Shown here: positions 55,869 through 63,767 of the stretch, piece after piece
How the letters are laid out: each line of letters opens with the position of its first letter
Position numbering within the stretch: position 1 is the stretch's first letter
Source: a virus
Lineage: Duplodnaviria; Caudoviricetes
IMG/VR virus record: IMGVR_UViG_3300042475_001147
Span: 1-63,767 of that record
Length of the DNA stretch: 63,767 nt
Direction: 5' to 3' (one strand)
Notes under the pieces: model-generated
Database searches by the model: none
Seen by the model: the letters and a program-made list of their open reading frames with translations, nothing else
What the model was told of the DNA's origin: nothing
Translations under genes and position numbers: made by a program

Positions 55869-56530
55869 TGGCTTGCGTCTATAGACATATAAGGAAAGAT
55901 ACCAATATGCCATTCTATATAGGAATAGGCGTTGACACCAAAAGGGCGTATTCTAAAACTCATAGAAACGCTTATTGGAAGTCAATTGTATCTGCTTGTG
56001 ACTATGACGTTCACATCTTGTTTGATGACATCGACTATGAATTTGCAAAGCAAAAAGAAATAGAACTCATTAGCCTTTACAAAAGGAAGTCAGATGGCGG
56101 AACACTATGTAACATCACATCAGGTGGTGATGGTGTGAGAGGCATCGTTCACAGCGAAGAGGCTAGATTAAAAATGGGTGAGCCTAACAAGGGCAAAACC
56201 ATATCTCAATGGCATAGACAAAGAATATCAGAGTTCCACACAGGGAAGGTTGTATCAAAAGAGACCAGACAAAAAATGTCAGATAGCGTTTCCGGCGAAA
56301 AGAATCACGCTTATGGGAAGACCACATCAGAGGAGACTAAAGAAAAAATGTCCAAATCCCAACCAAAGGGAGAAAACAACAAAGCCTCTAAATTGACAGA
56401 ATCAAATGTAATCCAAATAAGAAGTCTCCACGTTGGAGGGCAAAGCCAAAGGTCAATAGCAAAACAATTTGGTGTGTGCAAGGCTACAATCCGATGTATA
56501 ATAAATAGAGAAACTTGGAGATACGTATAA
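55868..56530 (+). CDS. Free-standing GIY-YIG-like homing endonuclease with NUMOD3 repeats and C-terminal HTH
   Basis: CVYRH...FYIGIG...RAY...E.ELI..Y...L.N.T.GGDG; SQRSIAKQFGV. Confidence 0.8.
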   Translation: MACVYRHIRKDTNMPFYIGIGVDTKRAYSKTHRNAYWKSIVSACDYDVHILFDDIDYEFAKQKEIELISLYKRKSDGGTLCNITSGGDGVRGIVHSEEARLKMGEPNKGKTISQWHRQRISEFHTGKVVSKETRQKMSDSVSGEKNHAYGKTTSEETKEKMSKSQPKGENNKASKLTESNVIQIRSLHVGGQSQRSIAKQFGVCKATIRCIINRETWRYV

Positions 56531-56531
56531 A

Positions 56532-58967
56532 ATGGAAGATATTAAAATTAACATATCGGCTACAGGATTTCCTGATCAGTTCGCCTCTGATCAGGAAAAA
56601 GCGTCTGCCGAATACGGGTTGCAAATAGGCGGCGCAATTTCTTACGAATGGTTCCGCAAAGACGGAAACCAATGTAGATACTATGGTCAGTGGAGAGACT
56701 TCCACAGGCTCAGACTTTACGCTCGTGGTGAGCAGTCTGTGCAGAAGTACAAGAACGAACTCGCTATCGATGGCGACTTGTCTTACTTGAATTTGGACTG
56801 GACACCAGTACCGGTTATCCCAAAGTTTGTGGATATTGTGGTGAACGGGATGTCAGACAGATTATTCAAGGTAAAGGCTTACTCGCAGGACGCATTGTCT
56901 CAGGCAAAGCGTAGCAAATACCAAGACATTATCGAATCTCAGATGGTATCAAAGGATATCCTAGAGATTGTTCAACAGCGTACAGGCATTAGCGCATTCA
57001 CGGTTAACCCCGAGGATCTACCATCTAACGATGAGGAGTTGGCATTGTACATGCAGTTGAAATACAAGCCAGCGATTGAGATTGCAGAAGAGGAAGCCAT
57101 CAATACCATCCTTGACGAGAACAAGTATCTCGACTTGAGAAAGCGTGTCGACTACGACATGACTGTTATTGGTATCGGTGTAACCAAGCACGAGTTTCTC
57201 CCCGGCGCAGGTGTTCAAGTGTCTTACGTAGACCCCGCTAACGTGGTTTACAGTTACACTGAAGACCCATACTTCAAAGATTGCTTCTATTGGGGCGAGA
57301 TTAAATCATTACCAATTATTGAGTTACTAAAGATAGACCCCACGCTGACCAATGCTGACTTGGAAGAAATTGCCAAGAGCAGTCAGAACTGGTACAACTA
57401 TTACAACGTGGCTCAGTTCTATCAGAACACCCTATTCTATAGGGACACCACCACTCTCCTTTACTTTAACTATAAAACCACCAAGAAGATTGTTTATAAG
57501 AAGAAGTATCTAGAGGGTGGGGGCGTCCGCTACATTGAGAAAGATGACACCTTCAATCCACCAATGGATATGATGGAGGATGGCAAGTTCGAGAGAGTAG
57601 AGAAGACCATCGATGTATGGTATGAGGGCGTTATGGTCATGGGTACCAACTACTTATTGAAGTGGGAGATGTCCAAGAACATGGTACGTCCCAAGTCTTC
57701 TGTACAGCATGCATTGCCAAACTATGTGGCATGTGCGCCTCGTATGTACAAAGGAACTATTGAGTCTTTGGTTCGCAGAATGATTCCATTCGCTGACTTG
57801 ATTCAATTGACTCACTTGAAGTTGCAACAAGTAATTGCTCGTACAGTACCTGATGGTGTATTCATTGATGCCGATGGTCTGAACGAAGTTGATTTAGGAA
57901 CAGGCAATGCCTACAACCCGGAGGATGCATTGAGATTGTACTTCCAAACGGGTAGTGTTATCGGTCGTAGTTATACCCAAGAGGGTGACTTCAACAACGC
58001 ACGAGTGCCTATCACCCAATTGACATCCAACTCTGGCGCCGCCAAGACGCAGATGCTGATCGCCAACTACAACCACTACATGGATATGTTGCGCACAGTG
58101 ACCGGCTTGAACGAGGCAAGAGATGCATCCACCCCTGACCCCAACTCATTGGTTGGTCTTCAGAAGTTGGCCGCATTGAATTCAAACACAGCAACTCGCC
58201 ACATCTTGGATGCTGGCTTATATATATTCAGATCAATCGCAGAAGCATTGACCTACCGCGTTGCGGACATCCTGCAATACGCAGACTTCAAGGACGACTT
58301 CATCAGTCGTATCGGAAAGTACAACGTCTCTATCTTGGAGGAAATCAAGGAGTTATACATCTATGACTTTGGTATCTTCTTGGAGATCGCTCCTGACGAA
58401 GAGCAGCGCGCGCAGTTGGAAGCCAACATTCAGGTGGCTTTGTCAAAGGGTGACATCAATCTTGAGGATGCAATTGATATCCGCGAGATCAAGAACCTTA
58501 AGATGGCAAACCAATTGCTGAAGGTTAAGCGTATGAAGTTGCAAGAGCATAGGGACAAAATGGAAATGATGAAGCAACAGATGGCTGCTCAACAGAACAT
58601 GGAACTCCAGCAGATGGCTTCTCAATCTGCCATGATGAAGATCGAGGCAGAAGGCCAATCTAAGATGCGTGTCAAGCAGGCTGAGGTGGCCTTTGAGATT
58701 GAGCGCATGAAGGCAGAAGCCGGGCTGAAGCAACAGTTGATGGGCGAGGAGTTCAAGTACAACATGGCGATTGCCGGATTGAACAACCAAACATTGACTA
58801 GCAGAGAGATGTCCAAGGAAGAAGCCAAGGCAAAGCGGATTAGTCAACAGAACTCGGAGCAATCCAAGTTGATCAATCAGCGCAAGAACGACCTACCGCC
58901 AATCAACTTCGAGTCAAATGAAGACTCGCTTGATGGCTTTGATTTGTCGGTGTTCGAGCCTCGCTAA
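56532..58967 (+). CDS. Portal protein
   Basis: 811 aa after TerL; LNLDWTPVP.IPKFVDIVVNG and TGLNEARD motifs; Gln/Met-rich coiled C-terminus. Confidence 0.8.
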   Translation: MEDIKINISATGFPDQFASDQEKASAEYGLQIGGAISYEWFRKDGNQCRYYGQWRDFHRLRLYARGEQSVQKYKNELAIDGDLSYLNLDWTPVPVIPKFVDIVVNGMSDRLFKVKAYSQDALSQAKRSKYQDIIESQMVSKDILEIVQQRTGISAFTVNPEDLPSNDEELALYMQLKYKPAIEIAEEEAINTILDENKYLDLRKRVDYDMTVIGIGVTKHEFLPGAGVQVSYVDPANVVYSYTEDPYFKDCFYWGEIKSLPIIELLKIDPTLTNADLEEIAKSSQNWYNYYNVAQFYQNTLFYRDTTTLLYFNYKTTKKIVYKKKYLEGGGVRYIEKDDTFNPPMDMMEDGKFERVEKTIDVWYEGVMVMGTNYLLKWEMSKNMVRPKSSVQHALPNYVACAPRMYKGTIESLVRRMIPFADLIQLTHLKLQQVIARTVPDGVFIDADGLNEVDLGTGNAYNPEDALRLYFQTGSVIGRSYTQEGDFNNARVPITQLTSNSGAAKTQMLIANYNHYMDMLRTVTGLNEARDASTPDPNSLVGLQKLAALNSNTATRHILDAGLYIFRSIAEALTYRVADILQYADFKDDFISRIGKYNVSILEEIKELYIYDFGIFLEIAPDEEQRAQLEANIQVALSKGDINLEDAIDIREIKNLKMANQLLKVKRMKLQEHRDKMEMMKQQMAAQQNMELQQMASQSAMMKIEAEGQSKMRVKQAEVAFEIERMKAEAGLKQQLMGEEFKYNMAIAGLNNQTLTSREMSKEEAKAKRISQQNSEQSKLINQRKNDLPPINFESNEDSLDGFDLSVFEPR

Positions 58968-59016
58968 ACCATATTCGAAAAAATATATAAATTTGTAAAA
59001 AATTAAATCTAATCAA

Positions 59017-60156
59017 ATGGAAATCAAAGTAAGAGAAGTAAGGCCAATCGAAAGTAAAGGCGTACAAGAGTTGGAAGAAGAATTGCTGAACAAGCATGAG
59101 GAACAGATACAGGTGCAAGCCGTATCGATGGACCATCAGAGAACTCCCGCGCCGGCTCCTGAGCCAACACCCGAGTTAGAGCCTGAGTTGCAGCCAGAGT
59201 CGCAGCCAGAGCCACAACTACAGAGTGCTGAGTTACAGGAGGAAGACGTTCTTTCATATATTAGCAAGCGCTACAATAAACAAATCAACTCATTTGATGA
59301 GTTGGTCTCTGAGAGATCCGACGAGCAATTGCCCGAGGACGTATCAGCATACTTGAAGTACCGCAAAGAGACAGGCCGTGGGTTTGAAGACTTCCTCAAG
59401 TTGAAAGAAGACTTCGACACAATGGACCCTGACAACATCTTACGCAGTTACTTTAAGTCAACACAGGTTGGTTTGGACGACGAAGATATCGATGTCATGA
59501 TGGAAGACTACTCATACAATGAGGACTTGGACGATGACTCGACTATCAAGAAAGCCAAACTGGCCAAGAAAAAAATGATTGCAGAAGCCAAGCAATACTT
59601 CACTACTCAGAAAGAGAAATACAAAATGCCCCTTGAGTCAAGAACGGCAGACGTTTCTCCCGAAGAAAAAGAGGAGTTGCAGGCATACAAGCAATATATA
59701 TCGCAGGCGAAAACTATGGAGCAAGAAGCCGAGCGTAAGCGTGATTGGTTTTCAAAGAAAACCGACGAGGTATTTAACAATGAGTTCAAAGGTTTTGAGT
59801 TCAAGTTGAATGACCAAGTTGTACGTTTCGCACCGGGGGATGCTGCCGAATTGAAGAAAGCCCAATTGACACCAACAAACTTTATCAATAAGTACTTGGA
59901 TGAGAGCGGGATGATCAAGGATGCAGCGGGTTATCATAGAGCGTTGGCGGTGGCAATGAACCCCGAAAGGTTTGCCAAGTTCTTTTATGAGCAAGGCATG
60001 TCAGCAGCGACAGAGGATGTCAATCGCAAAATTAAGAACATTAATATGAGCGAAAGACAGGCCCCTCAGTCAACGGTGAAAGACGGGTTCCAGGTTAAAT
60101 CGGTGAACCCTGATTCCGGCAAAGGTTTGAGAATCCGAAGCATGAAAAAAATCTAA
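59017..60156 (+). CDS. Putative capsid scaffolding protein
   Basis: Acidic, between portal and MCP; TAAATTTG at 58988-58995. Confidence 0.65.
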   Translation: MEIKVREVRPIESKGVQELEEELLNKHEEQIQVQAVSMDHQRTPAPAPEPTPELEPELQPESQPEPQLQSAELQEEDVLSYISKRYNKQINSFDELVSERSDEQLPEDVSAYLKYRKETGRGFEDFLKLKEDFDTMDPDNILRSYFKSTQVGLDDEDIDVMMEDYSYNEDLDDDSTIKKAKLAKKKMIAEAKQYFTTQKEKYKMPLESRTADVSPEEKEELQAYKQYISQAKTMEQEAERKRDWFSKKTDEVFNNEFKGFEFKLNDQVVRFAPGDAAELKKAQLTPTNFINKYLDESGMIKDAAGYHRALAVAMNPERFAKFFYEQGMSAATEDVNRKIKNINMSERQAPQSTVKDGFQVKSVNPDSGKGLRIRSMKKI

Positions 60157-60182
60157 CTACAACAAAGAAAAATTAAACTACA

Positions 60183-61643
60183 ATGGCAGTTTTATCTACC
60201 CCGACCTATCAGTTGCAGCCGAGTGCGCAACAGGTCCCCCTATCTACTAACTACATTACCGACTTCAACTTCTTGAACCAGTATCTTCCTGATACTTACG
60301 AGAAAGAATTTGAGCGTTACGGTAATCGTACTATCGCTTCTTTCTTGCGTATGGTTGGCGCTGAAATGCCATCCAACTCAGACATGATCAAATGGGCTGA
60401 ACAAGGCCGTTTGCACATCAAGTACATCAACTGTACTACCACCGTGTTGTCTAGCGCAGATACTGCGACTTTCACCATCAACGACGTGTTGGTTCCTAAC
60501 CGTGCTTCTATTGGTTTGACTGCCGGTAGCATCGCATTGCGTGTAGGCCAAACTGTAGTTATCACTCCTAACGTTGCTGGTCCTACCCAGAACAAAGGTA
60601 TCATCACTGCCGTTAACACTAGTGCTGGCACTATCGATGTTGCTTTCTACGAAGCAGCCGGTATGACCAACGCATCTGCTGGTAACACTTTCACAATCTT
60701 CATCTACGGTTCTGAATTCAAAAAAGGAACTAACGGAATGCAAGGTTCTTTGGAAGCAGAAGATGAAATCTTCGACAACAGTCCTATCATCATCAAGGAT
60801 AAGTACGCGGTATCTGGTTCTGACATGGCTCAGATCGGATGGATCGAGGTTACTACCGAGAATGGTGCATCTGGATTCTTGTGGTACTTGAAGTCTGAGC
60901 ATGAGACTCGTTTGCGTTTCGAAGACTATTTGGAAACCGCTATGATCGAAGCCGTTCCTGCCGTAAGTGGTTCAGGTGCTGTTGCTGCTGGTTACAAAGG
61001 TTCTGAAGGTGTGTTCTACGTAGTAAACGACCGTGGAAACGTATGGGGCGGTGGTAACCCAACCACTTTGGCCGACTTCGATTCTATCGTTTCTCGTTTG
61101 GACAAGCAAGGTTCTATCGAAGAGAACGTAATCTTCGTTAACCGTGACTTCAGTTTCGACATCGACGACATGTTGGCTACCTTGAATGGTTTCAACGGTG
61201 GTACTGCCGCAAACGGTGCGTCTTTCGGTTTGTTCGACAACGATATCAACATGGCCTTGAACTTGGGCTTCAGTGGTTTCCGTCGTGGTTATGACTTCTA
61301 CAAGTCTGACTGGAAATACTTGAACGATCCTACCATGCGTGGTGGTTTGACTGCATCTACTACTGGTGCTAGTACTGCCAACGTAATCACTGGTTTGTTG
61401 GTACCTGCTGGTTCTACCACAGTATACGACCAAGTGTTGGGTAAGAACGCCAAGCGTCCTTTCTTGCACGTTCGTTACCGCGCAACTGCCACTGAGGATC
61501 GTCGTTACAAGACTTGGATCACAGGTTCTGCCGGTGGTGCTGCTACTAGCGACTTGGATGCTATGGAAGTTAACTTCTTGTCTGAGCGTTGTGTATGTAC
61601 CTTGGGTGCTAATAACTTCGTATTGTTCCGTTACGGTGCCTAA
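60183..61643 (+). CDS. Major capsid protein
   Basis: 486 aa, strongly biased codon usage, W.EQGRLH and LGF.GFRRGYDF motifs, terminator downstream. Confidence 0.85.
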   Translation: MAVLSTPTYQLQPSAQQVPLSTNYITDFNFLNQYLPDTYEKEFERYGNRTIASFLRMVGAEMPSNSDMIKWAEQGRLHIKYINCTTTVLSSADTATFTINDVLVPNRASIGLTAGSIALRVGQTVVITPNVAGPTQNKGIITAVNTSAGTIDVAFYEAAGMTNASAGNTFTIFIYGSEFKKGTNGMQGSLEAEDEIFDNSPIIIKDKYAVSGSDMAQIGWIEVTTENGASGFLWYLKSEHETRLRFEDYLETAMIEAVPAVSGSGAVAAGYKGSEGVFYVVNDRGNVWGGGNPTTLADFDSIVSRLDKQGSIEENVIFVNRDFSFDIDDMLATLNGFNGGTAANGASFGLFDNDINMALNLGFSGFRRGYDFYKSDWKYLNDPTMRGGLTASTTGASTANVITGLLVPAGSTTVYDQVLGKNAKRPFLHVRYRATATEDRRYKTWITGSAGGAATSDLDAMEVNFLSERCVCTLGANNFVLFRYGA

Positions 61644-61679
61644 TCTGTAATAACACAGACAAGTTGATTTAAATAATCA

Positions 61680-61710
61680 GGAGGGTGTCAGCAATGGCAC
61701 TCTCCTTTTT
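61680..61710 (+). terminator. Intrinsic terminator after the MCP gene
   Basis: GGAGGGTGTCA-GCAA-TGGCACTCTCC plus T run. Confidence 0.8.
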
Positions 61711-61737
61711 AAAAAGAAAATCTTATCAAATTATATC

Positions 61738-62490
61738 ATGAAACACAACATCGTATCAGTAGACAAGGTCTACAAACTTTTACATTCGTCTCCACTTTCT
61801 TTCACTATCCCATCAAGAAGCACACGCAGATTTCCTCTGTTGTGGTTTGATGAGGACAACAACGTCAATCGCCCATTGCGATATGCAGTAAACCAAAAAT
61901 CCCCATTTGAAGAGGAGCAAGATGGCAACGCCATTGTTGAGCCGATCATCTTCGAGGATGGTATGCTTCGTGTTCCAAAGAACAACCCTGTACTCCAACA
62001 CTTCCTCCACTACCATCCAATGAATGGTACTGTATTCACAGAGGTTAACTACGAGAAGGATGCACAGAAAGAGGTTGACTTCTTGAACGAAGAGGTTGAT
62101 GCTTTGATGGAGGCTCGCTCATTGTCAATAGAGCAACTTGAGAATGTCGCTCGAGTTCTATTTGGCAAAGACCCCTCTGTTGTTAGCACAGCGGAATTGA
62201 AGAGAGACATTTTGATTTACGCCAAGAGAGACCCAAAGGGATTCTTGAACCTTATTAATGACCCAATGCTCAAGTTGGAATCTAATGTCCACAAGTACTT
62301 TGATAGCAAAGTGTTGGCATTTAGAAACGGCAACAAGGAGGTATGGTTTAACATCCCAAGCAACAAGCGCAAGATGATGAACGTACCATTCGGGTCCGAT
62401 CCATACACTGAAGTGGCTTTGTTCCTCCAAACAGAAGAGGGAATTGACGCCATCAAGTTGCTTGAGAAAAGCATGGAAGTGCAATACTAA
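61738..62490 (+). CDS. Head-module hypothetical protein
   Basis: LLWFDE...R.LRYA.NQKSPF, ELKRD; directly after the MCP gene. Confidence 0.65.
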   Translation: MKHNIVSVDKVYKLLHSSPLSFTIPSRSTRRFPLLWFDEDNNVNRPLRYAVNQKSPFEEEQDGNAIVEPIIFEDGMLRVPKNNPVLQHFLHYHPMNGTVFTEVNYEKDAQKEVDFLNEEVDALMEARSLSIEQLENVARVLFGKDPSVVSTAELKRDILIYAKRDPKGFLNLINDPMLKLESNVHKYFDSKVLAFRNGNKEVWFNIPSNKRKMMNVPFGSDPYTEVALFLQTEEGIDAIKLLEKSMEVQY

Positions 62491-62507
62491 ACTTTTCTTT
62501 TTACCTA

Positions 62508-62540
62508 AAGAGAGGGGGCAAATGCTCCCTCTTTTTTTTT
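62508..62540 (+). terminator. Intrinsic terminator
   Basis: AGAGGGGGCA-AA-TGCTCCCTCT plus long T run. Confidence 0.8.
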
Positions 62541-62565
62541 CTTTATCTTTGCCTTAAGCAACATT

Positions 62566-63519
62566 ATGATCAATGAAGTAAGAAATACCGTACTGTCTAT
62601 CATCAACAAGAATAACTACGGCTATATATCTCCGTCTGACTTTAACTTATTTGCCAGTCAGGCACAGATGGAATTGTACGAGGAGATGTTCTCTTCTTAC
62701 AACAAGATCATCACGATGGAGAACAATCGGGTGTCAGGCACAGACTACGCAGACTTGAAAAGAACTTACGAGGAGGCCATGGAGATATTCAACGTGACCA
62801 ATCCTGTTAGCCATTTCGCTGGTAGCGTATTCTTTCTGCCAAGTTTATCAACCACAGGGGATGCTTACTACATGATGACCAAGGTTATCTGTTATCCGAC
62901 CGTGCTTGACAGCGGAACCAACACCTCTGTTGTGGCTTTCCAATTGGTTGATAGCGGTGCTACATTCACCACAGCGGGCATTGTCCCCGGGGATTTGATG
63001 GTCAATACCACCACATACGCGCAGGCCAATGTAGTAGTGGTATCAAGCAACACCGTGATCCTGTTGGATAACAACATATTTACAACCACTCCTGCCAACT
63101 ATTTGATTCTGAAAGCATCAGCGGCAGTAGAAGCAGAGAAGGTGACTCAAGCAAAGTCAACTCTTTTGAATACATCCACCCTCACTGCGCCATCAACATT
63201 GTTCCCCGCCTACACACAGCAGGCCGAGGTAATGACTGTGATGCCAGTAAGTTACAAGATTCCCGGCCAGGTGATTGCCAACTACTTTAGATACCCATTG
63301 GAGCCGAAGTGGACATACATCAGCATCACAGGTGGTGAGCCAGTGTTCGACCAATCACAGCCTGACTATCAAGACTTTGAACTTCCCGAGGACTACCAAT
63401 ACAAGTTGGCTACCAAGATCCTTGAATATGCAGGTATGTCTATCAGAGAGGCTGAAGTAGTTCAATTCGGAATGACTCAGCAAGCACACGAACAGCCTTC
63501 ATTTAGCGTACAACAATAA
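62566..63519 (+). CDS. Tail ring/adaptor-type structural protein
   Basis: VL.I.NK...GY..P..FN..A.QAQ and Y.R.P..P.W...DFELP...IL.YAG motifs; TATCTTTG at 62544-62551. Confidence 0.7.
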   Translation: MINEVRNTVLSIINKNNYGYISPSDFNLFASQAQMELYEEMFSSYNKIITMENNRVSGTDYADLKRTYEEAMEIFNVTNPVSHFAGSVFFLPSLSTTGDAYYMMTKVICYPTVLDSGTNTSVVAFQLVDSGATFTTAGIVPGDLMVNTTTYAQANVVVVSSNTVILLDNNIFTTTPANYLILKASAAVEAEKVTQAKSTLLNTSTLTAPSTLFPAYTQQAEVMTVMPVSYKIPGQVIANYFRYPLEPKWTYISITGGEPVFDQSQPDYQDFELPEDYQYKLATKILEYAGMSIREAEVVQFGMTQQAHEQPSFSVQQ

Positions 63520-63524
63520 CAACT

Positions 63525-63767
63525 ATGGCTTATTTATCCGAGTATCAATACTACGAAAACGATGGCAACTCGCCAGAGAACGCCAACTGGGGGTCTTACC
63601 AATACGTAAGCCTCCAAGATATCGTCAAGAACTTTCAATTGATGTACGCCGGCAATCACTCGTTGGTGAACAATGAGGAGCGCTACAAGATTTTGTTTCA
63701 TGCCAAGCGCGCGGTACAGGAGTTGAACTACGATGCGTTCAAGGAAATCAAAGTCCTTGAGTTGACC
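63525..63767 (+). CDS. 5' part of the junction-spanning ring-type protein
   Basis: ATG 63525; open to the window end and continues at the window start. Confidence 0.8.
   Translation, partial: MAYLSEYQYYENDGNSPENANWGSYQYVSLQDIVKNFQLMYAGNHSLVNNEERYKILFHAKRAVQELNYDAFKEIKVLELT
63566..63767 (+). repeat. Terminal direct repeat, copy 2
   Basis: Matches 1-202. Confidence 0.97.

Noticed and set aside
53616-58967. Inteins or introns in terminase or portal
   Set aside because: Both ORFs are continuous with no intein splice motifs noticed; the endonuclease lies between the genes.
1-63767. Stop-codon reassignment as in some crAss-like phages
   Set aside because: Standard-code ORFs tile both arms densely, and TAA, TGA and TAG all end genes.
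1-63767. tRNA or rRNA genes
   Set aside because: No cloverleaf with T-loop and D-loop consensus seen in the intergenic gaps; not confirmed with tRNAscan.
63566-63767. End repeat as the biological terminal repeat
   Set aside because: It falls mid-gene in the tail operon; an assembly overlap is the simpler explanation.

Overview
The window is an apparently complete, circularly closed ~63.6-kb tailed-phage genome (unique length 63,565 bp; bases 1-202 recur at 63566-63767). The host is very probably Bacteroidota: TAnnTTTG (-7) promoter boxes, several with a TTTG/TTG -33 box at 19-20 nt, precede most operons, starts are A-rich and mostly lack Shine-Dalgarno sites, and the primase-helicase has a BT4734/VirE-N-type N-terminus. 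There are two divergent arms. The + arm (38.7 kb through the junction to 18.1 kb) holds GroEL/GroES, small basic proteins, two spike/fibre modules, lysis genes, terminase, portal, scaffold, major capsid protein, ring/muzzle-type tail proteins and three putative ejection proteins up to 2486 aa. This is a crAss-like podovirus-type structural module, and from memory the layout resembles GroEL-encoding flavobacterial phages. The - arm (38.3 to 18.1 kb) holds many small early genes, then SSAP, exonuclease, SSB, primase-helicase, SF2 helicase and VRR-NUC. I recognised no DNA polymerase, RNA polymerase, integrase, tRNA or CRISPR array. Most notable unexplained structure: (1) 17 GTGTC-N5/N6-GACAC palindromes, all between 13.2 and 38.4 kb, in two spacing classes with largely separate territories, densest near the putative genome end and written through coding sequence in several frames; (2) two homologous origin-like elements 15.8 kb apart, each with a 21-bp-phased iteron array, one overprinted on the SSB gene; (3) a 43-aa basic ORF nested in the +1 frame of the giant virion gene, plus an A10 slippery tract in the same gene; (4) a cassette array of small genes sharing 5' and 3' DNA ends. 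All product calls come from motif recognition by eye, with no database searches, and motif counts are manual.
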